Below are positions 27,971-42,967 of a stretch of DNA of 64,000 nucleotides, one piece after another (position 1 is the stretch's first letter; every line of letters starts with the position of its first letter). Below the pieces are notes generated by a model. The model saw nothing but the letters and a program-made list of their open reading frames with translations, did no database searches and was not told where the DNA came from. Source of the DNA: the human T2T-CHM13v2.0 reference genome, Homo sapiens; assembly GCF_009914755.1 (NCBI RefSeq), contig NC_060929.1, one strand, 5' to 3'. Both the position numbers and the translations under genes were made by a program.

Positions 27971-29692
27971 CAACTAGTAATTTCTACCAGAAATTCCTTT
28001 AACTCCGAACTCTTTCTGCCTTATCATTATCTAAGCTGCTTTTCACTCTAGATACCCAGAAATAATTTACAGTCACCTGGATTTGTCACCATAAATTTGC
28101 AGATAAAAAACACGATTTTTTTGAGTACTTACATGCTGCTGAGTGCTATTTTTCTCTTTTGCTCTCTCACTCTCTAAGGTGTAAATAGATTGAGTAAACA
28201 GTTTCTTAGAAGAAAAGTTGTCAGCCTAGGTCCTATAGTTATTAAACCATGAAACACAAACTCACATCTTTCTGAATCATTTACAACTTTATAGCCTGTT
28301 CCCTTTATAATTTTGTTAAATTGCTTGAAACACCTGTTCTCTTTTTCTTTTAGAGACTCATTGGTCCTCCCCTGTCACTATCCACTGCCCTTCCATGGGC
28401 TGCCATCCTGTGTTGATCTTATAGCTACTATAGTACATTTCTCCATTTATCATGGTACTTTTAATCCTGTATTATTATTCTGTATGCTTATCTGGACTTA
28501 CTAATGCCCTGGAATTTTCTAAAATTTAAGGCCTGTGTCTGATGCAGTTATACTTTACATACTTTTAAAAGAGATATTGAGTGATTTGGTGCCAGTACGT
28601 ATTAAGTACTATAAAAATGCTCAGTGAATTAATAAAACTCTTTTTTTCCCCCTAGTTTTGCACTGACCGTACCATCTCAAGGGACTCAGTAAATGAAAAA
28701 AAGATAGTGACATTGCCAGAATGTGGGTAATGAACATTGGTGAGTCTAAAAGAATTTGATTAAAGATTTCTTTCAAATTCTGATATTTGGTTATACTCAT
28801 GGCTGACTGCGCAGTGAAATATAATACTGATGATCTGGGAAGAACAGAGATATCTATCAAATAAAGAACTCTTCCTAGAAAGAACTACTTTCTGGTTGGA
28901 TAGTCACTTGTTCATTTGTTCATTTGGTTAAATCCATCATTCAGAAGGTGCGATGTGCAAGATCCCTTTAGATATTACTATTTCGGTTAGACAAGATAAT
29001 CACATTCAAGGGGTGTGCGTGTTTGTGTGTGTAACAAGAATTATGACATGAGTATTAATATTTGTGTTCCCTTCCTGACCCCCAAGTACTATTTCCCATT
29101 ATTTTCTTTGCATAATAAGCTGGCAAGGGATAAACAATGCTGATGAAAATCTTCCATGAGATGTGTGTATGGGGAGGAAGAAGGGACTATAAATATCTAT
29201 ATGTTGATTTTTTTTGTGGCTGTTACATATATTTCTGCATAAGATGCATATTTCTGGCTCACGAGATAAGTTGATTATACATTTTCTTTGAGTTTAATAG
29301 TTCTCATTTGCAGGATGAAGAGGGTAGCGATTAGCAAACTTACTGGGGAGAATGAGTGAAATCAGGAAAAAAATTCAACCTATAAGGGCCTCACTATTTA
29401 TTTCATGATATTGGTGTCATTGTGCAAGTTACTCTTAAAACATAGAGTGAGAGGAAAACATAAGGGCACAGTATTTAAAAATCATGATTGGATGGCATGA
29501 TGAAATATTGCATAATTAAAAGTGTGTCAGGGTTTGGAGGGTATGAAGGAATGTATATTAGTCAAAAGACCCTGGAGAACACCTACTAGCAGAAATAAAT
29601 ACCCATAGAATTAAACATGTGAAGGTGCTTATATTAAATTAGAACACATTGATAATAAAATGCTGAAACTTGTATATATTCACTAACTTCTT

Positions 29693-30056
29693 TGCTATAG
29701 AACACAATATTTGTGTCCTCCTAGGATTCATATGTTGAAATGAAATCAACAATATAATGGTATTTGGAATGGGGCCTTAGGGAGGTGATTACATTATGAA
29801 GATAGAGCCTTCATGAATGGGATTAGTGCCTTACAAAAGAGGCTTCAAAGAGCTGCCCTTTACCTTCCACCATGTGAGGACACAGCAAGAAATCACCATC
29901 TATAAAACATGAAGCAGGCCTCCGCTAGACACTGAATTTGCCAGGGTCTTGAAGTTGGACTTTCTAACCTCCAGAACTAGGAAAAACAAATTTCTGTTGT
30001 TTATAAGACACCCAGTCTAGGGTACTTTGCTAGAGCAGCCTGAATGGACTAAGACA
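29693..30056 (+). mobile_element. MLT1A0 solo LTR
   Basis: tgctatag...catgaatgggattagtgcc...ccatgtgaggacacagcaag...gcagcctgaatggactaagaca. Confidence 0.88.
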
Positions 30057-31722
30057 TTTCTCTACCAGGGATCTACCAGGTCTCCATAATCCAAGACCTA
30101 AAGGGTTAATACCTGGTCCAGCAGGGCTCCTCCAGGACCCTACATCAGTGTCACCATTGTTCTTTCTGATGGTGGGTGCCCTGCCGAGCATTACCCCAAT
30201 GTGCATGTATATTTAAATATGTTAATCAGCAAAAATCTTGGAAATATTATTAAATTAAATATTAATAAAATACAGCCATTTTGGTGTCTTTTCAGTATCT
30301 TTAGAGTTCCTAAGGTAGAAATTGATAAATTCTTTAAATCTTGTTTGCCTACTGTCTTTTCTACCAGGCCTCATTTCTCTAAGGCCTAGAGCTAGCCTTA
30401 TCATCACAACAGCTCATCCAATACATCTTGGGTGTCTTCTTCTGGTTTATTTTTGAAGCTTAACCTTAAATGACCTTAGTTCATCATCTTCTCTTATCTG
30501 GCAGAAGCACTTTCTATCAAGAGGTTCTACTTTTCCTGAGGTGCTTAGTGCCTCCTGACAATAATCATTTTTCTTCTGAATAGATAGAGATAAAGAAGAA
30601 GAAAACACATGAAAGACTTCTTACTGATTTTAAACCAACAAACAAATGATAGTTTGCAACTTAATCAAAATCAGATTCTGCTTCTGCAAACTAATTTCTC
30701 CAATTTAATGAGCAGCTGATCCTGATGATTATAGTTGTAGTATAGCATGGTTTATTTACCTAGGGTCTTGGAAAAGTTATCGACTAATAACATTAGGTTG
30801 TATAGAGAATTCGAGAGGCCTTACATTCTTTTGTAATGTAAGTGTTCATAACATAAATACTATTGTCTAGTCAACGAGTACTTATTAACAGGTAAGTATT
30901 TAATGCTTGATAATTGCTTAATTAAAAAAAGAAAACTATGACAAAATCCATTAATCCTAAGTGTACAGTGTTATCTAACTGTAGTATTGTCTAGATAGCA
31001 AATGAAAATTTTGCAAATGGGAGAAAATAAACTACTCTACAAATAACTGCAATGGAAGATTATAATATTCCCCATAGAACAGTATTCCATTAAAAACCAA
31101 AAAAAAATAATTTTTATCAGTGGCTGCATCAGAGAAGCTATTAATCTACAACAGCGATGCCAATAAAAACTATACCCTCCAGTTAGGCAGTTCATTGACT
31201 TTATTAAATAAAGAGGGAATGCTTTCTAGCACTTTTATTTGATTCCTTATGGCTATGCAATTTGAATAAAATAAACTCTCTTATTTTCCACAGTAAAAAA
31301 ATACACATACAATGTATATGCAATTTGAAATACAAATATATATACTTTTCATTGAAATTATTTTCAATGAAAATAGCCCTCCCTTTGTCCAGTATAAAAG
31401 TTAACAAGCACGCCCTACAAATAAGACTGACTACGGGAATTTTATGTTTTGGCAAGTTAAATATTTTAAATAAAATTCACTTAATTTTAGGAAGCCTATA
31501 GAAGCCAGCACATAGTTCAATGTCAAAATATGTCTACTTTCCCTGCTATGACAGCTTTTTCATTCTTCAAGATCCTTAAAGGGTGTAAACCACCAAGTGC
31601 CTCTCCCCACTTTCTGGCCTTTCTCCTTCTCTGTCTTTCCATTCTTCCTTCCACCCATCCTCCCTTCCAATTATCTCTCCTTCCTTCAAACTAGTATCAA
31701 GCACCTACCATGAGTTCAGCAA

Positions 31723-34035
31723 GGCATTAGTCCATTTTCATGCTGCTGATTAAGACATACCCGAGACTGGGCAATTTACAAAAGAAAGAGATTTATTGGA
31801 CTTACAGTTCCACATGGCTGGGGAGGCCTCACAATCATGGCAGAAGGCAAGGAGGAGCAAGTCACATCGTATGTGGATGGCAGTAGACAAAGAGAGAGCT
31901 TGTGCAGGTTATCTCCCATTTTGAAAATGATCAGATCTCGTGAGACCCATTCACTATCACAAGAACAGCATAGGAAAGACCTGCCCCCATGATTCAATCA
32001 TCTCCCACCAGGTCTCTCCCACAACATATGGGGATTATGTGAGCTGCAAGATGAGATTTGGGTGAAGACACAGAGCCAAACCATATCATTTCGCCCCTGG
32101 ACCCTCCCAAATCTCATGTCCTCACATTTCAAAACCAATCATGTCTTTCCAACAGTTCCCCAAAGTCTTAACTCATTTCAGCATTGACTCAGAAGTCCAC
32201 AGTCCAAAGTGTCATCTGAGACAAGGCAAGTCCCTTCCACCTATGAGCCTGTAAAATCAAAAGCAAGTTAGTCATTTCCTAGATACAATGGGGGTACAGT
32301 CATTGGGTAAATACAGCCATTTCAAATAGAAGAAATTAGCCCAAAACATGGGGGGCTACTGGCCCGGCAGTCAATTCTTAAAGCTCCAAAATGATCTCCT
32401 TTGACTCCAAGTCTCACATACAAGTCATGCTGATGCAAGAGGTGGGTTCCGATGGTCTTGGGCAGCTCCGTCCCTGTGGCTTTGTAGGGTACAGCCTCCC
32501 TCTTGGCTGTTTTCATGGGCTGGCTTTAGAGTATACAGCCTTCCTCCTGGCTATTCCAGGTGCACAGTGCAAGCTGTCAGCGGATCTACAATTCTGGGGT
32601 TTGGAGAATGGTGGCCCTCTTCTCTCAGCTCCACTAAGTGGTGCCCCAGTAGGGACTCTGTGTGGGGGCTCCAATCCCACATTTCCCTTATGCACTGCCC
32701 TAGCAGATGTTCTCCAAGAGAGCCCCACCCCTGAAGCAAACTTCTGCCTGGGCATTGAGGCATTTCCGTACATCCTCTGAAATCTAGGCCGAGTCCCTAA
32801 ACCTCAATTCTTGACTTCAGTGCACCCACAGGCTCAACACCACGTGGAAGCTGCCAAGGCTTGGGCTTCCACCCTCTGAAGCAACAGCCTCAGCTATATC
32901 TTGGCCCCTTTTAGTCACAGCTGGAGTGGATGGAACGCAGGGCACCAAGTCCCTAGACAGCACACAGCAGAGGGACCCTGGGCCTGGCCTATGAAACCAT
33001 GGTTTCCTCCTAAATCTCCAGGCCTGTGATGAGAGAGGCTGCTACAGATGTCTCTGACATGCCCTGGAGGCATTTTCCCCACTGTTTCGGTGATTAACAT
33101 TCCACTCCTTGTTACTTATGCAAATTGCTGCAGCTGGCTTGAATTTCTCCTTGAAAATGTGATTTTATTTTCTTTTCTATTGAATTGTCAGGCTGCAAAT
33201 TTTCCAAACTTTTATGCTCTGTTCTCTTTTAAAACAATGCTTTTAACAGCACCCAAGCCACCTCTGGAATGCTTTGCTGCTTAGAAATTTCTTCTACCAG
33301 ATACTCTAAATCTACCATTCTTCTAAATCATCTCTCTCAAGTTCTAAGTTCCACAAATCTCTAGGGCAGAGGCAAAATATGCCCAGTCTCTTCGCTAAAA
33401 CATAACAAGAGTCACCTTTGCTCCAGTTCCCAACAAGTTCCTCATCTCTATCTGAGACCACTTCAGCCTGGGTTTCATCGTCCATATTATTATCAACATC
33501 ACGGTCAAAGACATTCAACAAGTCTCTAGGAAGTTCCAAACTGTCCCACATTTTCCTGTCTTCTGAGCCCTCCAAACTGTTCCAACCTCTGCCTGTTACC
33601 CAGTTCCAAAGTCACTTCCACATTTTCAGGTATGTTTTCAGCAGCGCACCACTCTACTGGTACCAGTTTACTGTATTAGTCCATTTTTATGCTCCTGATA
33701 AAGAGATACCAGAGACTGGGCAATTTACAAAAGAAAGGTTTATTGGACTTACGGTTCCACATAACTGCAGATGCTTCACAATCATGGCGGAAGGCAAGGA
33801 GGAGGAACTCACGTCTTATGTGGATGGCAGCAGGCAGAAAGAGAGCTTGTGCAGAGAAACTCCTGTTTTTAAAACCGTCAGATCTCACGAGACCCATTGA
33901 CTATCATGAGAATAGCCTGGGAAAGACCCACCCCCATGGTTCAATCATCTCTCACCAGGTGCCTCCCATAATATATGGGAATTATAGGAGCTACAAGGTG
34001 TGATTTGAGTGGGGACACAGAGCCCAACCATATCA
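31723..34035 (-). mobile_element. Full-length THE1A MaLR (LTRs 31723-32088 and 33672-34035, internal 32089-33671)
   Basis: Two homologous LTRs with aggcaaggaggagcaagtcacatc. Gag-like remnant in ORF 33312..33575(-), EGSEDRKMWDSLELPRDLL. 5-bp TSD AGCAA at 31718-31722 and 34036-34040. Confidence 0.93.
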
Positions 34036-34182
34036 AGCAACATGCAGAAAACTAAGAATACAAAGATGAATGTCTACTGATTATGGTTTCCAAAAGCCTT
34101 TATTTTTGTTTCTCTTCCATTTAGACTTGTATTTGCTTTCCAACTTATTATAATAGAGCATCAAACTATTAAAATTTACTAT

Positions 34183-34465
34183 CTGTGAGGCTTGGGCAGG
34201 AAGATTGCTTGAAGGCAGGAGTCTGAGGTTAGCCTGGGCAATATAGTGAGACCTGGTCTCTACCAAAAAAGAAAATAATCATAACAAAATAAAGGCCTAG
34301 CCTGGTGGCACACACTTGTTGTCCTAGCTACTGGGGAGGGTGAGGCAGGAGGGTTGCTTAAGATGGAATTTTGAGTGTGCAGTGAGCTAGGGTTGTGCCA
34401 CTGCTCTCCAGCCTGGGTGACAGAGTAAGACCCTGCTTCTAAAAAGATACATACATACAAAAAAT
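34183..34465 (+). mobile_element. AluJ (5' degraded)
   Basis: gattgcttgaaggcaggag...ccagcctgggtgacagagtaagaccctg followed by an A-rich tail. Confidence 0.88.
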
Positions 34466-35088
34466 ATAACAAAGATTTCCTGTACCTTTCTCCTCCCAAA
34501 TAAAAGAATGTCTTTCCTCTTTAACCTATCGAGTAATATCAGAATATCCACTGCTAGTTTGCAAAGGCAGCCGATGGAGTAATGATACACCTCGCAGACA
34601 AATATTCTGAACGTTTACCCTTAAAGGGGGTATCAATCTGTAGAAATTGTGAGATCTTCAGTTAAATAATAAAGCATATTCTTGAGGGTGTGGACCTTGG
34701 GAAAACGGTTTGTAAATGTCATTCGTGGTCAAGCTTATGGGTGCCACTTAACACACAGGTTGTACTCTACATAGCACAGAGAGAGAGAGGCTTTGGGAAG
34801 CAGGTTCATCCTTTGGTTCATTACCAGTGTGGCTATTTACTAGTTATGAGAAGGTGAGAGCCTCAGGTTTTTCATCTGAAATCAATAATGAGAATCAAGT
34901 CAGCTGTAATTTATAAGGTGTTATAAGTCAGTAAGTCTGTTATAATTCTTAAGCTATGCATACCTTAAACTTATCTATATGAAGTTGTCTAAAATCTCAC
35001 TAACTAGGAGTTTGAGTCTTAGCATATATTATTTTCATTTCTCGGTGTCTGCCCTTCCTATTTTTTTCTAGTATGTGTGGCTGAAGAG

Positions 35089-35285
35089 CAGAGGCATGCT
35101 TGAGCAGACTGGTCTTCAGCCTTGGAAGAGCCAATTATGCATATCTCCTCCCAAATTCACTTTTCAATGTGATCAGATTGGTAGCTTGAGACAAGCCATG
35201 GTGAAAGTATTTACACTATGGAAATTAGCAAATGCTACAAAATAAACTTTTTTTTGTTCTGGAAACATTCACTAGCCTACTAGTG
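35089..35285. mobile_element. MER63-type hAT-Blackjack MITE
   Basis: ttggtagcttgaga...gtatttacactatggaaattagcaaatgctacaaa. Degenerate 8-bp TSD ctgaagag / gtgaaaag. Confidence 0.7.
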
Positions 35286-35394
35286 GTGAAAAGAGCCTAG
35301 AAAGAAACAGAGATGTGCCTCCTTCTTCTAGTCCCAATAACAGCATAGGAGACTGCTAGTCCTGAGTCCCCATGTCCTCATGGCTATGTCTTAC

Positions 35395-35961
35395 TGTTAG
35401 GAGGTGATAGTATCTCCAAATCCATCCCAAACCCAGTTCCACCTTCTGATGAGGGCAGCCTTATCATTCCTTTTATCTTGGCTAGACTTTAAAACAGGTT
35501 TCTTCCTGACTATAAACCCCTTATCTCCCTTTCTTTAGAGCATTTACTTTAGAAAACTTATTGCAAATTATTTCTCTGCCCCTTTGTGATGTGCATTTTC
35601 TCCTAGCCTCTTGCTAGTTTTACAACCCAATAATGTCTTTCTCAAGGTCATAGGAGCTATCTCTTTGAAAAACAATCAACAAGAAAGATAGGGTCCCTCT
35701 CTACCGTCTCTGAGGGAGGGTAGGAGCCTAACTTCCATAAGCACCAATTAGCAAACACACATGTACTAATCACATTGAATAGCTCTCCTGTGACCCTAAG
35801 GGCCTTCAGGACTTTTCCAGTAGCTCACTGGAGCTCACAGTAGCTTAAAAACTCTCCCACTTTCTATTTTAACAAAGTTGAGTTCAATCTTTCCCCTCTT
35901 ACTGCAATAGTCTTGGACAAAGTCTGTCTTGTTTAACTGTTGGTACAGTTTTTCTTTGACA
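35395..35961 (+). mobile_element. MER67-family ERV1 solo LTR
   Basis: agagcatttactttagaaaact, gggagggtaggagcctaactt, gttgagttcaatct, and end tttctttgaca. Confidence 0.75.
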
Positions 35962-37812
35962 CTTGCCCATTCCCAGTTTCTTTGCAACATCAATCTGTAG
36001 GTACATGTCTCTTGTTTCAAATACCACTTTAACATGAGGTGATTCTTAGCTATCAAGCTCTTTGCTCATGTATTAGATATTCTTACTTTGTTCTATGATT
36101 AGAAAGAAGGCAGATTGATTTTATAGAGAACCCCAGGTTAGTTTTATTGGTGTCATTGAAAATGAACTTAGTCATTTGAATTTTTGTAAATACAAAAGCA
36201 CTATTTGCAAAGTATATATTAAAAAATAAAGTTATTCCCTTTTAGTTCTCCAAACTTTTATCCATTTTTGCAAGTTATGTCACATAGCTGTGCTTTATGA
36301 GAGGCAAACAACCATTGTTATTTAGCAGATTCTCTGGGGCAGTGAACTCCATGCTCTTGCCCATAATTAGCATAAGCAAAGTCAGTACATTCCTGGTTGC
36401 CAGGCACGTATGCACCTTCACACTACCACCAAGGGAGGCATAACACAGACCTGCCTAATAGTGCTTCAACATATTTCACTTGTGTGCATATTGCTTTACC
36501 AATCCCTTTAAAATGTAAATTTCCCCTTTAATGTTTAATATTTATGCCTACTGCTGCTTTCTCATTAAATTGTCCCTCCACCTTCACACACCAGGTATGA
36601 CTCTGTGGATTGCAGACCAGTTGCCAGGAAGTTTAGTAGAAGCTGCAAATGGCTTACTTTCTCTCTGTCTCCTTCCTTTTTACTAGCTAAGGCCTTCATG
36701 GCTGAGAATTGCTTCTGGAGCAGCTCAGGCCAACAGATAAGACTGAGTGTTTCAAAAAAATGGGTCTCAATCTCATGATGGCATTAAGAATTGTGGGTTC
36801 TTAGAATACTTTCTCTTTCCTCACCTGCCTTTGAAATGTTATTTGATATAAATCTAGTGATTTCCGGGTACATCCATCACTATCCCCAAACAAATTGGCG
36901 TTTCAAGTACCCCTCAATTATCAGACTACTGGACAGAGCCCAAAATCCACCTATCTTAGGGAACTGTAGGTTCTAATCATTCCTTATTTCCTCCGCACTT
37001 TGACTCCTTGCTGCTCTTTCCTGACCTATGCCATCTTCCTACCCCCCATGCCAATCAAATCTTTGGCTATCATGGTAGGAGGCAGAGACTCCTCATCTTA
37101 CAAATTTATTAAGGCTCTGATTTAGGCTTTTTATTTTTTGCCCCTAAAATCTCAAATTTCTTTTCTGTACTTATGAAATCATTACCCTAAAGCAGATCCC
37201 ACAGTTTAGGTGTTCGAATGAAAGAAAGGCCAAGTATTACAAAAAAATTAAGAGAATCTCTGACAATATTTCAAAATATCATGCCACCATATGCATATTG
37301 ACATAAATAGTTTGGCTATGGGGGAGGTGTTTTGGTGTAGATACTATCTATTATTATCTTTAAGCAAAAGCCCACTTAAAAGATATAAAAGCTTTACACA
37401 TTCCTCTTCCTGAACCCCAAATAAAAAGGAAATTGATTTGGGTAGGGATTAAAAACAACAAACACAAAACTCACTTTACCCAGGGATGAATTCCATTTGA
37501 AATAAAAATTTTTTTTCAAGAGCACTTTTGGATTTGCAAATATACATTATAATTTAAATCTGACATAGTCAGTTTTAAGCATTGTTTGAAATGCAGACAG
37601 GAAATAAGGAAGCACTTACTAGAGTTTATCCCATGTGGACTGCAGAAAGGATACTACCACAAAGCCACCTGCATCTTCCACAGTATACATTAATATTTTT
37701 CTACTGAAAATACTGCATGTTTTCCTAATTAAAGAAGACCTTTAAGTTAATAGTCCCTTCGTGAAATGAAAGACTGCCCTGCCACTTTACATATACATAT
37801 ATATACTATTAA

Positions 37813-38129
<317 letters not shown>

Positions 38130-39449
38130 GTTATTTATTATTATTAAGTCAGTTAACTATTATTATTAAACAATTTATATAAGATTATTTCCAACTGCAT
38201 GCTCCCTTCCAAAATATGAATAAAATTCTTTCATCAATGAAAAGAATAGGAAATGTTTACACAGTTCTTGTCCATAGCCCATTTTTGTTCAGAAATTATG
38301 AGTTGAAGGTTTCTATTCAAAAATAAAGAGCTGAATGGACTTGCAAAGCTTTATTGGGAGGTGAAGAGGAAGCCCTCATTGCTTGTCCCTTCATTTCTTT
38401 GTGTTCTGAAGATTTTGACTCAGTGCAATGAAAATAATCAGAATGAAACCTAGCCAAGAGGCAAGCCATCTCAGATTCTGTCAGGGTTCCACCACTTCCC
38501 TTTGGTGTCCTCCCTCATTTTCTTTAGAATATTGTTAAATTTTAAGACCTGCTAATAGAATCTATGTCAAATAAATTTTATTGGGGAAGAGATTTTGAGG
38601 TAGAATAAAATTATATTATTTAATCCTCTCAGATTCTGAGTGATTTATTTTAATCTGGATTAACAAAAAGGCCTGAAGACCCTAAGAAATTGCATAAGAT
38701 TTCATCTCAAAAAAAGCTCTTCTCATATGTAAAACCACTATGTAATAGAGAAGGAGTTTTAACTCAATACTCTTGAAGCTGAGAAAAAAGTCAGAGAGTT
38801 TATGTGCCCTCATACAATGTTCAATCTTCTTATGGCTTTCTGTTAAGTCTCACTCAAGGCAAGATTCTGTACTGCTAATAAGCATTCCCAGTAATTTAGA
38901 GAACTGACTTCATATTTCCTCAAATAATATTTATTGGTATAAATAAAAATTGTTTTTCTCTTATGTTTTTCTCCCAATTTGCGGTACATATCTTGATATA
39001 TTTCATTTTGAAAGCTCTTAGGAGAAACCTGAAAAAATAGGCAATCCTCATCCAGAGAAGTTAAATCTATTTATTGTTAATGACTTTGGAAGTTTTGTTT
39101 GGTGTAGTTTGAATAATAATATAGGCCATGTGGCACATTTGAAATGCACCTTATGCTTTTAGGAGCACCTCAGAGAGAAGGGCAGTCATCTTCCAGTGTA
39201 GGTGAAATGGAGTTATAATTAGAGAACAGAGTGACTGTTAATGGGAGGAGATATAATGTATAGATCATGACACCTTGGATACCAAAACTAAAGATTTTTC
39301 TAATACAATCTGAGATTAAAAGATATAAAAACAGACATTCTAATTTGAATAACTTTGTAATGTTTTTAGGTCACCAATAGCAAAAATGTATTTATTTAGC
39401 AATGGTTAACAGTTTTCCTGAGCTACAACTAGTAGGCTACCTACTGATT

Positions 39450-39702
39450 AATAAAATCATCCCAAGTACTATAGGTTAAGTTACTTGGTAAGTTACACCA
39501 GTTCCCTTAGCCTTAATTTACTCATTCATTAAATAATGGCTCTGAGTAAGCATGTAATAATCAGCTGTTGTTGACCAAATGAATGAGCACCTACCTTACT
39601 AATAGATAGGTATTAATAGGACTAAAGGAGATAATTTGGTATAATATAAATAAATGTTTAATCATGTACTTGGCATAAAGTAAGCACTAAATTCACATTA
39701 GC
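39450..39702 (+). mobile_element. MIR fragments
   Basis: agccttaatttactcatt and tacttggcataaagtaagcactaaatt. Confidence 0.55.
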
Positions 39703-39797
39703 TTCTTTCTCTCTCTTCCACAAAGTGTTTTCACATTGATTATCTTATTTAGGCCATGTAATTTATAATTGTTTATGCAGGGTACTGTATATATTAT

Positions 39798-40588
39798 TGA
39801 TACAGTAGGGGACAGGGAGGTGCTGGGTAGAGAAGGGCAGGAACCCTGGTGAGGGCTCTTCCACCCTCAGACCTGTGCCCACAGACCTAAGTGAGGACAG
39901 GCACTCCTGTTTTTGCACCCAAATGTTTCACTTTCCAAGACCACTCTGGCCCACCACACTCCCCATCCTGAACCTATAAAAACCCCAAGACGCTGGTGGG
40001 CACACACACAGGTGGCCAGACATCAAGAGGAGTAGAGGAACAGAAGAGCACACTGACAGGCACCAGCAGACATCAACGGGACATTGACAGTGGGACAATG
40101 TGGAATTTAGTCGGGGGTGGTCGGAGGAGATACCAGCCGCTGAGCGGCCCGATGCCGGGGGAACACCACCAACCCACTCCATCCCCCTTCTGGCTTCCCT
40201 ATCCACCTTGATGAGAGCTACCTCTACTCAGTAAAACCTTGCAGCCATTCTCCAAGCCCACGTGTGATCCTTACACGAAGGCAAGAACATGGGATACAGA
40301 AAGCCCTAGTCCTTGTGATAAGACAGAAGGTCTAATTGAGCTTATTGACACAAGCTGCTTGCAGACAGCAAAACTGAAATAGCACGATGTAACACAAGCC
40401 CATCGGGGCTTTGGGAGCTGTAAACACTCAACCTTAGACGATTCCATGGGGTTGGAGCCCAAAATGCTCCCCACAAACTGCATGACTGCATGCTCTCCTT
40501 AGGCGTTTGAGCAGAGGGGCACTGAGGAAGTGAGTCTCACCCCTGTCGCATGCCCTGCAAGGGGGATAAGGGAACTTTTCCCATTTCA
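39798..40588 (+). mobile_element. LTR1B-type (HUERS-P2) solo LTR inserted in a minus-strand MIR
   Basis: TGATACAG...gtgctgggtagagaagggc...gggataagggaacttttcccatttCA. TSD TTAT at 39794-39797 and 40589-40592. Confidence 0.85.
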
Positions 40589-40807
40589 TTATTTCCATTT
40601 AAAAATGAAATGGTGAAATTCAGGCAAGCTAACTGGCTTTCTAAGGCCAATGTGGTCAGCAAGTATATGAGCCTATGGTAAAACCCAGATCTTTATGGTT
40701 CTATTTCAAGGCCTAACTTTCAGTCCTGCCACTACTGTGAGTCTGTTCCACTTTTGGGGTCCAATTTTATCCTCTTTAAATTAGAGGAGTTGAAGTTGGT
40801 GGGCTCA

Positions 40808-41212
40808 GTGTCAGTTAATTTATGGCCACAAAAAAGATGTGTAACAATCAACTACACATTCTCAGTGGCATATAGTGATGTGCATTTGCCTAACTCACAA
40901 ATCTGCAGGTCAGCTGAGGGTCAGCTGATTCAGGCTGAGTACTTCTGTGGATGGCTCTGCTCCATTTGTCTCGGTTCTCCTCCTGGGAGACCATAGGCTT
41001 ATTCTTCTCATGCTATGGCAGATGTAAAAGAGAGCAGGTACAACAGCACAAGCTTCTGTTAACATTCCATTAACCACAACAGATCATTTGACAAACTCAA
41101 AAGCAAGGGATATCTCTGTTTCTTTCATGGGATGAGGAACAGCCACATCATATGGCAAAGAATGTGGATTAGGAGAGAGTGATCAATTGAGGATGTTAAT
41201 GTAATGTACTTA
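40808..41212 (-). mobile_element. MLT1G/H-type LTR
   Basis: tctgcaggtcagctgag, ggctctgctcca, ttcttctcatg, taacattccattaacc. Confidence 0.65.
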
Positions 41213-41558
41213 AAGTGTTAAGATTTCTTTTAGTTCCAGCATATTTTGATTTTCTTCCAATTAATTTGTCTGTCAGAGTCTCTTCCTCATTTTCTTTTGT
41301 AATGTTTTTCAAATTGCCAAGGGCAAACACGATTTCAGTGGAAGGCAGAAAACTCAGGTCAATTTGCCATTCTGTGATTTGTGTGTGTGCGCATGTGGGT
41401 GTGTGCGTGTGTGTGTGAATTAATCTTGTTCTCTGATCATATTGTTCCAGAAAATGATATTTAATTATAGTTTCACATGAGGTTGGAATACTACATTCTC
41501 TGCATTGTATATATGGTTACAGGGTTCATACAGATACATGTAAAAAGCAGAACACAGG

Positions 41559-41842
41559 GGCCAAGCATAGTGGCTCACACCTGTAATCCCAGTACTTTGG
41601 GAGGCTGAGGTGGGCAGATAGCCTGAGGTTAGGAGTTTGAGACCAGCCTGGCCAATATGGTGAAACCCTGTGTCTACTAAAAATACAAAAATTAGCCAGG
41701 CGTGGTGGCAAGCACCTGTAATCCCAGCTACTGGGGAGGCTGAGGCAGAAGAATTTCTTGAACCAGCGAAGTGGACATTGAAGTGAGCTGAGATCGCATT
41801 ACTGCACTCCAGCCTGGATGACGGAGTGAGGCTCTGTCTCAA

Positions 41843-41882
<40 letters not shown>

Positions 41883-41887
41883 TAAAA
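41559..41887 (+). mobile_element. AluS with (AAT)n tail
   Basis: Dimeric Alu. cagaacacagg occurs at both ends as TSD. Confidence 0.95.
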
Positions 41888-42967
41888 ACAGAACACAGGG
41901 CCAGAATTGAGATACTAGTCACAGAATATAGAGACTTTGGTTTGAAAAGTGTATTAAAAGGCTGAGGAAGTGGGGAGGGAGCTGTAAGGGAATGCACAGG
42001 GGCGCTTCTGTCAACTGACCACAGACCTCTGCCCAGATCGCTTAGGAAGAATCTCTGTTTAGTTCCAACATTCTGCCTTCTTTCTTTTATCTCAGTAGCT
42101 ATCGCTGAACTGCCTATTTTGTAAACATTGTTTTTCTCTTTATTTCTAGATAGCTGATCTTTGTGTTTTTTGTTTATCTTTAATTTTTTTTAAACTGTAA
42201 AAACAGGAATTACTATTTAAAAACCTTTAAGCAATGCAAGAAATACAATTGGGGAGCATTAAAGTCATTTTTTTATTTGATGATCTTAGAAATAATCACT
42301 TAAGCTTATTTACTTTTAAGGATCTTCACTGACAATCCTCATAGGGAAACAGATAAAAACAGCAAATATAGAAAGGGATAATGATTCCAGATTCTAATGT
42401 TGGGAGGTGGAAGGAGGGAGGAGATTAAATTGAGCCTATGCTGTGTTCATCCTATCATTCAGGCATATTTGGAAGACTAGTGATTTAAGGCAGGGATTTA
42501 TGTATTTATGTGAGACAATCAGGGAACTTCTAATAAGAACTGATTATAAGGGAAGTTGGTTGAAGCAGACAGGTCATTGATATAGAGTATTACAATGGCA
42601 GTAAAGGGCAATTTACTCATTATCTTCCTGTACGTTATGACAAAAACCTTAAGATGGTGAAATAGGAAATAAAGGGGCTTAGGACTTAAGTCATGACAGA
42701 TATTTGTAGAATTTGTGTAGAAAAGTCAACAGCAAGGGGTCATTGGTTTTTGTGTATAAATTAGCACCTGAACCTTGACATTTATAACATCCATGTGGCC
42801 ATCGGCAGCTCAGGAGCTGGAATCGTCATCAACACTGACACTGCCTAAGGGGATAGAGGTGATGACCACTGTTCTGACCAACACAGACAGCAGTGTCATC
42901 CATGCTTGACACCACAATAGTAATTGTGACTTCAGAAATCATCCTCTGTGTAAGTAGCCATGGATCC

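Noticed and set aside
30880-30900. Consensus splice donors (caggtaagt here, also 11150 and minus-strand 45530, 48165)
   Set aside because: No accompanying acceptor or coding frame is identifiable. Such motifs are expected by chance.
32391-33900. 129- and 160-aa ORFs
   Set aside because: Antisense frames of THE1A internal/LTR sequence with no independent gene evidence.
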